This document shows positions 27,750 through 35,596 of a stretch of DNA of 38,658 nt, in pieces. Numbering within the stretch: the stretch's first letter is position 1; every line of letters begins with the position of its first letter. The position numbers were made by a program, and so were the translations under genes. The notes below the pieces were generated by a model, which was given only the letters and a program-made list of their open reading frames with translations, made no database searches and had not been told where the DNA came from. Source of the DNA: a virus. Taxonomy: Duplodnaviria; Heunggongvirae; Uroviricota; Caudoviricetes. The stretch lies in IMG/VR virus record IMGVR_UViG_2529293219_000028, one strand, 5' to 3'.

Positions 27750-27861
27750 GCACGCCCCGGCAATCAGGGCCGGTAAGGCATTATTCACCGCAGCCACAGG
27801 ACACCCCGTAACAGCAGTACCGCACACAGCAGCGCTATCATGAGCGGTCGCCAGAAGCGGT

Positions 27862-28362
27862 TCAGACTTTCGGCAAGTCGTAGCGACATAACCATTCATC
27901 CGCCGAACGGCGGGCCTCAAGGCCGGGGAGTTTCACCCCCTTTGAATAAATCCAGCGGATATACTGCTTACAGGACGCGGGCATCTGCCCGGCATTGATC
28001 AGGCGCAGAAGCGTGGAGTTGCGAAAGTTCGTTTCACCGGCCCAGAAGATCCACGAAGCCAGCGCCACCGTCTGACCACGGGTAAGCGGCACCTGAACAC
28101 GCCGATCAATGGCCGCAAAGGCCCATTTCATGTCCTTTTCCAGTAGTTCCAGGCATTCTTCATCTGTCAGGGTCATACCCGGTTTCACATCCGGGCCGGT
28201 ATGGCCGTAACAGATGGTGGGTGTACCGGTGGGATCGATATACGTGGAGTTTTCTTTCCCTTCCCAGTAACCGGTGTAATGCGTGGCAATCGTGAACGTC
28301 CCGGCACCGGCCAGAACAAGGGCAATCAGCTTTTTACGCAGTGGTGCGGGGAGTTTTGGCAT
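27862..28362 (-). CDS. Endolysin (phage lysozyme) with N-terminal signal-anchor-release-like hydrophobic segment
   Basis: 166 aa; N-terminal LIALVLAGAGTFTIA followed by lysozyme-like YTGYWEGKENSTYIDPTGTPTICYGHTG. Confidence 0.8.
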   Translation of the reverse strand: MPKLPAPLRKKLIALVLAGAGTFTIATHYTGYWEGKENSTYIDPTGTPTICYGHTGPDVKPGMTLTDEECLELLEKDMKWAFAAIDRRVQVPLTRGQTVALASWIFWAGETNFRNSTLLRLINAGQMPASCKQYIRWIYSKGVKLPGLEARRSADEWLCRYDLPKV

Positions 28363-28433
28363 TGTTACGCTGTCTCATGATGTTCTCTGAGTCAGCGTAA
28401 CGGTGAAGGAGAGGCGGCAGGCTTTGCGGAATA

Positions 28434-28859
28434 TCAGAAAAGTGGCGGTTGCGTTCTTGCCAGATGCAGACGGCGCTGTTCGCGTATGACGGTATAAATC
28501 TGGGTTTCTGACATCCGGTAATGGCGGCGAAGGGATTCAATTTTCTCGCCCCGGTCCCAGCGCGAAAATATCTCATTGTTTCGCAGCTCGGCAAAGAGAG
28601 ATTCCCCGACCGGCAGGTAATAACCCCGTCCGCCCATATAGGCTGCCTGAGCCGCAGCCACCTTGCGTGCCAGTTTACCGGCCAGTACCGGCTCAATCCC
28701 CTGACGCTGAAGTTCTGCGCCGGTGACTTCAACCAGTTCTGACAGGGTCCGCGGCCAGTTCTTTTTGAGAACATCATCAGGGATGTCATCAAGGCGGTCG
28801 ATAAGGGCGTGCAGTTGCTCACTGTCACCACCAAACATGCTCATCTGAGTTTCTGCCAT
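28434..28859 (-). CDS. Mor/C-family transcriptional activator
   Basis: 141 aa; C-terminal region aligns by eye with Mu Mor; sits between the GemA-like gene and the endolysin gene. Confidence 0.75.
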   Translation of the reverse strand: MAETQMSMFGGDSEQLHALIDRLDDIPDDVLKKNWPRTLSELVEVTGAELQRQGIEPVLAGKLARKVAAAQAAYMGGRGYYLPVGESLFAELRNNEIFSRWDRGEKIESLRRHYRMSETQIYTVIREQRRLHLARTQPPLF

Positions 28860-28928
28860 ATCAGCCTCCGGTTCTCGCGTTCCCGGTAAGTTTAAAATAA
28901 AAATCCCGCGTTGTGGCGGGATTTGGGG

Positions 28929-29438
28929 TTAACGGGGAAGTGATTTTTCATACTGCCTGCAAACGGCGTCATACCCCATCAGCGTGCGTTCGGGCATTCC
29001 CATCGCGGCCAGCATTTTGCGGCGGTGCCATCGCTTGAGACGCTCCAGCACATCTGAGGCCAGGGCGGGGTGTTGCTCCAGCCACTGCCAGTTTGCCACA
29101 CCTTCGCCGCCGTTCTGCGCGGCCGTCTGCGATTTCACCCAGCGGTTAAGGGCGGTTTCCGCACCATCGGTGATAAAGCCCTGCCGGTGCATCACCTTCC
29201 AGATGGCGCGAATTTTGGCGGTCACCGTACCCGGTTTTAAGGCCCGGTTAACCGGGTTCTGACGCACTTTAAAACCGCGTTTTTTGAAAACATCCAGCAC
29301 GCGGGATAACTCATCCGGTGACATATCCCGGCAGCTGGTTTTGCCGGTGGCTGCCAGCAGCGCGGATGTATAAGTCTCATCATCCAGGGCAAGCTCGCGC
29401 TTTGCCACATGAATGGCGGATATCAGTTTTCCTCTCAT
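28929..29438 (-). CDS. GemA-like (Mu gp16) regulatory protein
   Basis: 169 aa immediately upstream of the Mor/C gene; synteny. Confidence 0.6.
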   Translation of the reverse strand: MRGKLISAIHVAKRELALDDETYTSALLAATGKTSCRDMSPDELSRVLDVFKKRGFKVRQNPVNRALKPGTVTAKIRAIWKVMHRQGFITDGAETALNRWVKSQTAAQNGGEGVANWQWLEQHPALASDVLERLKRWHRRKMLAAMGMPERTLMGYDAVCRQYEKSLPR

Positions 29439-29731
29439 ACCGTATTTACCTTTTTACGGACATGGAAAGCCTTTTCTGCCTCATCCCACCGGGCATGGTG
29501 TGTTGGTGGAATAATCATTATGTGCCAGCCATCTCTGGTTGTTATCCGGCAGAAAAACTCACCGCTATATAACACAATGGCCTGCTGAATGAGCGCATCA
29601 GCCGCCCGTTCAACCGGATGTCTTTTATCAAAAAAGCAGATGATTTTTCGACATAACCACCGGGTAATAACAAATGCGCCGAAAAAGGATGTGATATATA
29701 AGCACCAGAACAACAGAGAACTATTGTCCAT
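29435..29731 (-). CDS. Hypothetical membrane protein
   Basis: 98 aa; N-terminal hydrophobic segment; AT-rich gene. Confidence 0.5.
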   Translation of the reverse strand: MDNSSLLFWCLYITSFFGAFVITRWLCRKIICFFDKRHPVERAADALIQQAIVLYSGEFFCRITTRDGWHIMIIPPTHHARWDEAEKAFHVRKKVNTV

Positions 29732-29918
29732 TATCTTTCTCCTTATTCACTCTTCTGCGGCATTCGGCACAGTCATCAGGGCTTTCAAATGTATCCGGCT
29801 CGCGATTATGAGCCAGATATAACCACCGTCCACATATACTGATATTTTCGCCTGTTTTAAAAAAATGATGCTTCCTGGCCATTAGTGGCCGCGCCCATCC
29901 AGCGGGTAGACTATTCAT
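29721..29918 (-). CDS. Hypothetical small protein
   Basis: 65 aa ORF in an operon-like array. Confidence 0.4.
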   Translation of the reverse strand: MNSLPAGWARPLMARKHHFFKTGENISICGRWLYLAHNREPDTFESPDDCAECRRRVNKEKDNGQ

Positions 29919-30285
29919 TTGCTTTATCCTCCATGCTGGACAGAATCATATGTATTAATGTCGGGCGTGGAGATATACGCATTTCATTAAGCGTCTGAAG
30001 GGCAGCAACAGCTGCCTGTTTATCGGTGCCTTTGGCAATTTCAGCAAGAGAATGCACAATCCATAACGGACTTAACGCCACGGCTGAATCCAGAATCATG
30101 TCATCCATAATAATTTCTGGCATATCCCGTTTGTCACATTCTTTATCCATAAAAGAAACGATTTTTTCTGCATCTTCCGGTTTCATGCCTCCGGCGATGA
30201 GAATTTTACGATATTCATAAGACGATCTTAATTCAATACTCATATTCATCTCCTGTAACTCTGACAAGGTCGTGATTTTTCTCAT
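29911..30285 (-). CDS. Hypothetical protein
   Basis: 124 aa; overlapping stop/start with neighbours. Confidence 0.55.
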   Translation of the reverse strand: MRKITTLSELQEMNMSIELRSSYEYRKILIAGGMKPEDAEKIVSFMDKECDKRDMPEIIMDDMILDSAVALSPLWIVHSLAEIAKGTDKQAAVAALQTLNEMRISPRPTLIHMILSSMEDKANE

Positions 30286-30467
30286 TTATGTTTTCCAGTA
30301 ATACGGATATATATGTCGATAAGAAGATTCATAATAAACAGGAAGAGCGACATCCTGATAAAGAACCATATATCCGGCATCATGGACAGATTTCCTGTAA
30401 CCGCAAATATAAAACCAACCCCCCACACAGGAACGATAATTGCGAAAAAAACAAGTCTCCTTATCAT
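30282..30467 (-). CDS. Hypothetical small two-TM membrane protein
   Basis: 61 aa with two hydrophobic helices. Confidence 0.5.
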   Translation of the reverse strand: MIRRLVFFAIIVPVWGVGFIFAVTGNLSMMPDIWFFIRMSLFLFIMNLLIDIYIRITGKHK

Positions 30468-31015
30468 GTCGTTAACTCCCGTAATACAACATCTTCGGCA
30501 GTCCGACGACGGTGATAAATAAAACTCACCGTGCCCTCGGATAATTCAAATTTCTCGCCGATTTCCCTAAAGGTAAGACGCCGTGGTGATTCAGCATCCC
30601 GTAATTCACGAATAAGATGAACATCATCGTCAGGTATGCGGGTAAAAGGCAGTAATTCTCCGTATTTTTTCATGCTTACGCCAATATATCGCGCCCGATT
30701 GTGGACAGAATCCCGGTCTCGCCCCAGATATTCTCCTATTTGCTTACCGGTCATCGTCCTGGCATTTTTTCGGATAAATTTATCTTCATCAGGTTTAAAT
30801 CTGAGGCGTTTGCATTTGAGCAACTCCGGGTAAGTACCGCGTAATAAAACAATCCGGTTATGTACACCCCAGAAACTTCTTTTTATCCTGACAGCAATAT
30901 CCTTAACCGGGGTGGATGGATAAAGCGCAATCAGCAGCGCATCTTCTTCAGGTGTCCATGCGCGAACATGAGCGGGTGCACGGCCTTTTCTCCCCATGGG
31001 TTGTAATTTCATCAT
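30464..31015 (-). CDS. DNA-binding protein with three tandem Myb/SANT-like helix-turn-helix repeats
   Basis: 183 aa; three repeats of about 45 aa each starting W/F-x-P-(E/D)-(E/D)-D and ending in a basic helix (WTPEEDALL..., FKPDEDKFI..., IPDDDVHLI...). Confidence 0.6.
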   Translation of the reverse strand: MMKLQPMGRKGRAPAHVRAWTPEEDALLIALYPSTPVKDIAVRIKRSFWGVHNRIVLLRGTYPELLKCKRLRFKPDEDKFIRKNARTMTGKQIGEYLGRDRDSVHNRARYIGVSMKKYGELLPFTRIPDDDVHLIRELRDAESPRRLTFREIGEKFELSEGTVSFIYHRRRTAEDVVLRELTT

Positions 31016-31018
31016 GCA

Positions 31019-31534
31019 TCACCCCCCGACTCGCTTTTCGGCAGCATAAAACTCATCAGACAGAATTTCGGTCATTTTCCGTTTTGCGGAATCATCTTCG
31101 CACTGAAGGTAAATAACATCGTCAACGCAGAACCACTTCACGGGACCATGCAATATTGCTGAGATGTCAATACCCAGCCAGAACAACAGTGCATCGGTTC
31201 TGGCATACGTGACGGGCGAATATTCACGCCACAGACTGTTAAGTTCGTCAGAGGCAACGCGCAGGGCTTTGGGAATACGTGATGTGCGCGGTGTGCAGCT
31301 CCAGCCATTCGACGCAGTCGGTTTTCGCCATAAGTCGCGATGAAAAGGATATTTGTCATCCATAAAGCGCAGCCCTTTAAAACAAAAGCCACTGATACCG
31401 GATACAAATACCGACCGGCACGCAACATTCAGCACGGCCTCAAGGCGTTTTGCCTCATCCTTAACTTTCTGGCAGTCCTGCTGATATTTTTGCCACGCGG
31501 CCAGCGCGGAAGGGTTTGATGTTTTAAAGAACAT
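31019..31534 (-). CDS. Hypothetical early protein
   Basis: 171 aa; stop/start abutting neighbours. Confidence 0.55.
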   Translation of the reverse strand: MFFKTSNPSALAAWQKYQQDCQKVKDEAKRLEAVLNVACRSVFVSGISGFCFKGLRFMDDKYPFHRDLWRKPTASNGWSCTPRTSRIPKALRVASDELNSLWREYSPVTYARTDALLFWLGIDISAILHGPVKWFCVDDVIYLQCEDDSAKRKMTEILSDEFYAAEKRVGG

Positions 31535-32067
31535 TACGCCACCTCCGCAGATATCCCGGCAGGTGCAGCCGTCCGGTCAACAATCAGGTAACGCAGAACA
31601 TGTTCGGTGATATTCCAGCCGCTTAAACCGCAGATAATGACACCCAGGCGAATGTCGATATACGCCATCACAAACTGGGGCACGCCTTCTTTCATGGCCT
31701 GCTCATCAACTTCAACCACCACATAAACGGTTTCGCAGGTCAGTACGCCCTGAGCAAATTCCCACGCCATCGACGGAATATCATGCCCCTCAATCCACGG
31801 CAGGGATTTTCTGAAGCTGCACCACTGAACATCATCAGCCGCACCTTCCTGGCTGCATTTGCGACGAACCGGCTGCACCGGGCGGGGACGCGGAATATCA
31901 TAAAAACCGTTACATTCCGTCAGCACCCCGGCATCGACCGCATCACGCAAAAAATAAACCATCGAGGATGGCGGCATATTCATTTTTTCAGCCAGAATGC
32001 CGCAGGTCAGACGCCCGTAAATACTCAGCCAGTTTTTAACCCCTTCAAGCACTTTTGCATCAATCAT
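31534..32067 (-). CDS. Hypothetical early protein with N-terminal winged-helix-like segment
   Basis: 177 aa. Confidence 0.55.
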   Translation of the reverse strand: MIDAKVLEGVKNWLSIYGRLTCGILAEKMNMPPSSMVYFLRDAVDAGVLTECNGFYDIPRPRPVQPVRRKCSQEGAADDVQWCSFRKSLPWIEGHDIPSMAWEFAQGVLTCETVYVVVEVDEQAMKEGVPQFVMAYIDIRLGVIICGLSGWNITEHVLRYLIVDRTAAPAGISAEVA

Positions 32068-32070
32068 GAA

Positions 32071-32613
32071 TTATTCCTCCGTCAGCGCCACATATTCAGA
32101 ATGTTTAATTTCCTGGCATTCTTCAGGAATACACCCTTTTATTTCCCTGCCATAAGCGCCTACTTTAAACACCACGCACAGGGCATCACGGGAGAGCGAC
32201 GGGGTCCACCAGGAGTCCGTGTTAAACATGGAGGGGATTCTCATTACCCCCAGCTTTTCACAGAGCCAGACAAGGAAATCAGGACGCTTTCTTAACTCAC
32301 GTTCAGCGGTTTCAATCATTGCGGCAATCGCCGGACCTTCAGGGCATGACTCATCAGGTCTGGCAATAAAGCACGGTCCGTCCCCGATAAAAGCCACATC
32401 ATCGCGCTTACGCCAGCCCGCAGGCAGAGCACCAGAAAAATAAAACTCACTGATTACGTCCATGGCAAACGGCTTTAAGCGCAATCCGGCAGCGCCTGTA
32501 TTTTTCAGTAATGCCCGAAGAATACTGTTGCGTAGCGGTAAAACAGTCTGTTGATATTTGGTGAAATATTTATTTGTCTGCACACGGTCTAATTTGAAAT
32601 AAAAATATGCCAT
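32071..32613 (-). CDS. Hypothetical early protein
   Basis: 180 aa. Confidence 0.55.
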   Translation of the reverse strand: MAYFYFKLDRVQTNKYFTKYQQTVLPLRNSILRALLKNTGAAGLRLKPFAMDVISEFYFSGALPAGWRKRDDVAFIGDGPCFIARPDESCPEGPAIAAMIETAERELRKRPDFLVWLCEKLGVMRIPSMFNTDSWWTPSLSRDALCVVFKVGAYGREIKGCIPEECQEIKHSEYVALTEE

Positions 32614-32710
32614 ATATCCTGTTCCTTATTTTCAGTTTACAGGCGCAGGCAGTCCCCTGACGCGAGCGCCATAATTAAAACGAAGTGATATTTAATTGAT
32701 TAATGCGGTG

Positions 32711-33241
32711 TTATTTATTCAGTCCGGCGTCCTGTTCAAAAGGCTCGACATAAAAACTTTCAGCGCCTTTATTCACCTTAATACCGGCAATCCCTTTCAC
32801 CGCATCCGGCTCCGCCAGGACCGCTTCCTTGTTCACTTCCTCTTTCGTGCGGATAAAACGCTCAAGGCCCATACGGCGCAGCATTTCAATCACACCTTCC
32901 ACATCACGACTGACGCTGCATGATGGATTCCCCAGTCGCCATGACACCGTTCCGGTGGTCAGATTGGCAGTTTTGGTTTTGCCGCCGTTCGTCAGCTCAT
33001 CACGGTTGGTTTTGCACCAGTCCTGAATCCCCTTAAAAAGCACTTTGATTTCTTTTTTAAGGTTTTCAATCTGCGGCGTATAACGGGCGGTGATTTCTGC
33101 CACTTCATCATTCATCGCTGTTTCCAGGCGCAGCGCCTCTCGCTGAATATCGCCCAGGGTGCGGATATCGCGGCTGACCTCTTCACGGGTCTGCGGTGCC
33201 GCCTCTGCTGCGGCCTTTAATTTTGTAACGCGTTTTGCCAT
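32711..33241 (-). CDS. gam: Host-nuclease inhibitor Gam (Ku-like DNA end-binding protein)
   Basis: 176 aa; MAKRVTKLKAAAEAA...DELTNGGKTKTANLTTGTVSWR...FIRTKEEVNKEAV... closely matches Mu Gam as recalled. Confidence 0.85.
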   Translation of the reverse strand: MAKRVTKLKAAAEAAPQTREEVSRDIRTLGDIQREALRLETAMNDEVAEITARYTPQIENLKKEIKVLFKGIQDWCKTNRDELTNGGKTKTANLTTGTVSWRLGNPSCSVSRDVEGVIEMLRRMGLERFIRTKEEVNKEAVLAEPDAVKGIAGIKVNKGAESFYVEPFEQDAGLNK

Positions 33242-33252
33242 TTTGTTTTTCC

Positions 33253-33546
33253 TTATTGCAGTGTGCCTGATGCTTTATGCACGCGGTGGCGTTTAATGAT
33301 GGCATCCGCCCCAAAAGCCTGTACAGATGCCTGAAATTCCGCTGAGAGAAACTGAATAATTTCAGGGCTGTGATACTGGAGAATACTTGCATAAACGTCA
33401 CAGAGTGACGTCGGCCTGTTATTCGTATCACGTTCTGTTTTTACATCCACACCAATCTTTTCATGCACTTCAACACAGTCATTGCCTGCCGGTTTTTCGT
33501 CATGCGAAACATGCTTAAATTCAAAAATAACGCGTACTTTGCTCAT
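33253..33546 (-). CDS. Hypothetical small protein, paralogue of the adjacent gene
   Basis: Starts MSKVRVIFEFKHV... (internal Met of track ORF 33253..33573); resembles the neighbour's MSKVVRIIFEYKEHV... Confidence 0.55.
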   Translation of the reverse strand: MSKVRVIFEFKHVSHDEKPAGNDCVEVHEKIGVDVKTERDTNNRPTSLCDVYASILQYHSPEIIQFLSAEFQASVQAFGADAIIKRHRVHKASGTLQ

Positions 33547-33550
33547 GGAA

Positions 33551-33823
33551 TTACCCCTGCTGATTAAATTCATTACCTTTAATAACCCCGGAACGCATGC
33601 TCATATCTTTCATGAGCGCACTGGCTTTCATTGCCACAAGTTCAGCAAAGTCTCTGCTTTCCGCGAGCATAACCACCCCAAAAATCATGGCGGGTCCATC
33701 ACCTTTCTGCTTTATCCCGGTTGAACGTATGTCCAGACTTACCCCCATGCGCACTGTTCCATCAGCGTTTTTATGGATAACGTGCTCCTTGTATTCGAAA
33801 ATAATGCGTACGACTTTACTCAC
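33551..33823 (-). CDS. Hypothetical small protein, paralogue of the adjacent gene
   Basis: 90 aa; shared N-terminal motif with 33253..33546. Confidence 0.55.
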   Translation of the reverse strand: MSKVVRIIFEYKEHVIHKNADGTVRMGVSLDIRSTGIKQKGDGPAMIFGVVMLAESRDFAELVAMKASALMKDMSMRSGVIKGNEFNQQG

Positions 33824-34101
33824 CCTCTGGTCCTCGTTCTGTTTGGATAACTGACCCGGCGTCTGACCTCACGGCAGAACCGAATCATGGCATTAAAGGC
33901 TTCTTCCTCCGTCACCGCTTCCGGTATCCCCGGAACCAGTAACTGCTCCTGTTCATCACGTCCATGACGCGCCATAACCTCAATCACATGCCGTACCGTG
34001 GCAGGCTTTCCGGCAACTATCGGCAATGCACCTTCCGGCAGGACGTAACCAAACTCAATAAGACCACTCGACCACGCCCATGCAATGAGATTTTTTTTCA
34101 C
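33820..34101 (-). CDS. Hypothetical early protein
   Basis: 93 aa. Confidence 0.5.
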   Translation of the reverse strand: MKKNLIAWAWSSGLIEFGYVLPEGALPIVAGKPATVRHVIEVMARHGRDEQEQLLVPGIPEAVTEEEAFNAMIRFCREVRRRVSYPNRTRTRG

Positions 34102-34102
34102 C

Positions 34103-34369
34103 TCACACCTCCCAGTAAACCGTGCAGCCGCTGATGCGGGTGGCCTTCACACGGCGGCGCAGGCCGTTGGTCTGTATGGTGATTTCAATTTCACCGGTTC
34201 CCTGCACGTTGCCTACCGGCGGCGTGGTTTTCAGTGCAAAACGTTGTGGGTAGCGCTTACTGCGTTCCAGTACCGCACCGGCAAGTTCGGTCAGACGGCG
34301 CGCGCTGTTCAGGGAGTCGAATAAATTCATTTTGTTACCGCAGGATTGCATATTCATATAACACCTCAT
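34103..34369 (-). CDS. Hypothetical early protein
   Basis: 88 aa, basic. Confidence 0.45.
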   Translation of the reverse strand: MRCYMNMQSCGNKMNLFDSLNSARRLTELAGAVLERSKRYPQRFALKTTPPVGNVQGTGEIEITIQTNGLRRRVKATRISGCTVYWEV

Positions 34370-34597
34370 TTAGCTGACTTGTTTCGCACCAACAGAACGG
34401 CATATTCCGCTGTAAACGTCTGTCGCACCTTCGCGATCAAGTCCGGCAGATATCACCATTCGTGTGCGGTCATTAAATTCAAAAAGTAAATCGCCACATT
34501 CTTTATTTTCGGCCAGTGAAATCACCTTCACGTTATCGAAATTAACCAGGTAAAAGCGTCCGTAAATATCAGGAATATAAAATACCGCCATAATCAC
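34370..34597 (-). CDS. Small early protein in the position of Mu kil
   Basis: 75 aa ORF directly downstream of the B-like gene; assignment by position and size only. Confidence 0.45.
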   Translation of the reverse strand: MIMAVFYIPDIYGRFYLVNFDNVKVISLAENKECGDLLFEFNDRTRMVISAGLDREGATDVYSGICRSVGAKQVS

Positions 34598-35526
34598 ACC
34601 TGTGAGAGTAATTCAGGGTTGGTATAAACCTCTTTAAAGGCCGCATTAATATGTTTTTCTGTCAGCGCCGCACCTTCACCGCTGGCGGTGAGCCACGCCT
34701 GGTTAAGCGTATGTGTCAGAACGCGTAACGCTCCCGGCTTTTCAGCGATAGCCTGCATGACGGCCAGCTCGGCCTCACCACTGATACCCCATGCCCTGGC
34801 AATGGCCAGCACATCCGCCTTTTTGGCCTTGCGAAGTTGTTTTGTACGGGCAAGACGGCTGAACAGGCGCGATAAATCATCAAAGGCGCGGCGTCCACCT
34901 TTAAACAATCCGCGCGGGTTACCAATAAGCACCATCCCGATCCCCGTGGCGTCCTGAATTGCCCGGAGTTGCTCCAGACCGTCAATACCAAGATGATCCG
35001 CCTCATCCACAATCACCAGTCCACGCGTTCCCATCAGGCGACGGCGGATGGCGCGGGATAATGCCCCTTTGTTCGCGCGGGTGTAATCAATCCCCAGCGC
35101 ATCGGCCAGCTCCAGCAGACACTCCGTGACGCTGGAGTGCGCGGGTGACAGGGTGATCATCCAGGTGTTTGGTTGCTCCTGGCAGTAATTACGGGCGGTG
35201 GCCGTTTTACCTACCCCCGGCACGCCCACAATGACGTTAATACAGCCCATCAGGCGAACCGCCTGAAACAGTGCGCGCAGCTCCTGAACTGTCTGCGTTT
35301 CCACAAACTGCGGCGGTTCCGGCAGTGCGCTTTGTTTATTCCAGTTCTCATACCAGGAACGCAGGGAAGCAGCCACAGCGGCGTTATCGCCTTTATATTT
35401 CCCCTTGCGGAAAGCCGATAATGTGCCGTCGGAAATTCCCGCCTCTCTGGCGATGGCATACTGCGTCAGTACGCCGCCATCAATAAGTTCATCAATGGTC
35501 TTGATTACATCGTTAATATCAGTCAT
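34594..35526 (-). CDS. Transposition ATPase, Mu B-like (AAA+)
   Basis: 310 aa; Walker A VGVPGVGKTATARNY; directly downstream of the transposase gene. Confidence 0.85.
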   Translation of the reverse strand: MTDINDVIKTIDELIDGGVLTQYAIAREAGISDGTLSAFRKGKYKGDNAAVAASLRSWYENWNKQSALPEPPQFVETQTVQELRALFQAVRLMGCINVIVGVPGVGKTATARNYCQEQPNTWMITLSPAHSSVTECLLELADALGIDYTRANKGALSRAIRRRLMGTRGLVIVDEADHLGIDGLEQLRAIQDATGIGMVLIGNPRGLFKGGRRAFDDLSRLFSRLARTKQLRKAKKADVLAIARAWGISGEAELAVMQAIAEKPGALRVLTHTLNQAWLTASGEGAALTEKHINAAFKEVYTNPELLSQV

Positions 35527-35596
35527 ATTATTAACCTCTCATTTGATACCTTGTTTAATCAAATAACCTGAGTCGCCGCTCGGGTTATTTTTTATT

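Noticed and set aside
32614-32710. Possible terminator after gam (GGCGC...GCGCC)
   Set aside because: Imperfect stem without a following T-run on the transcribed strand
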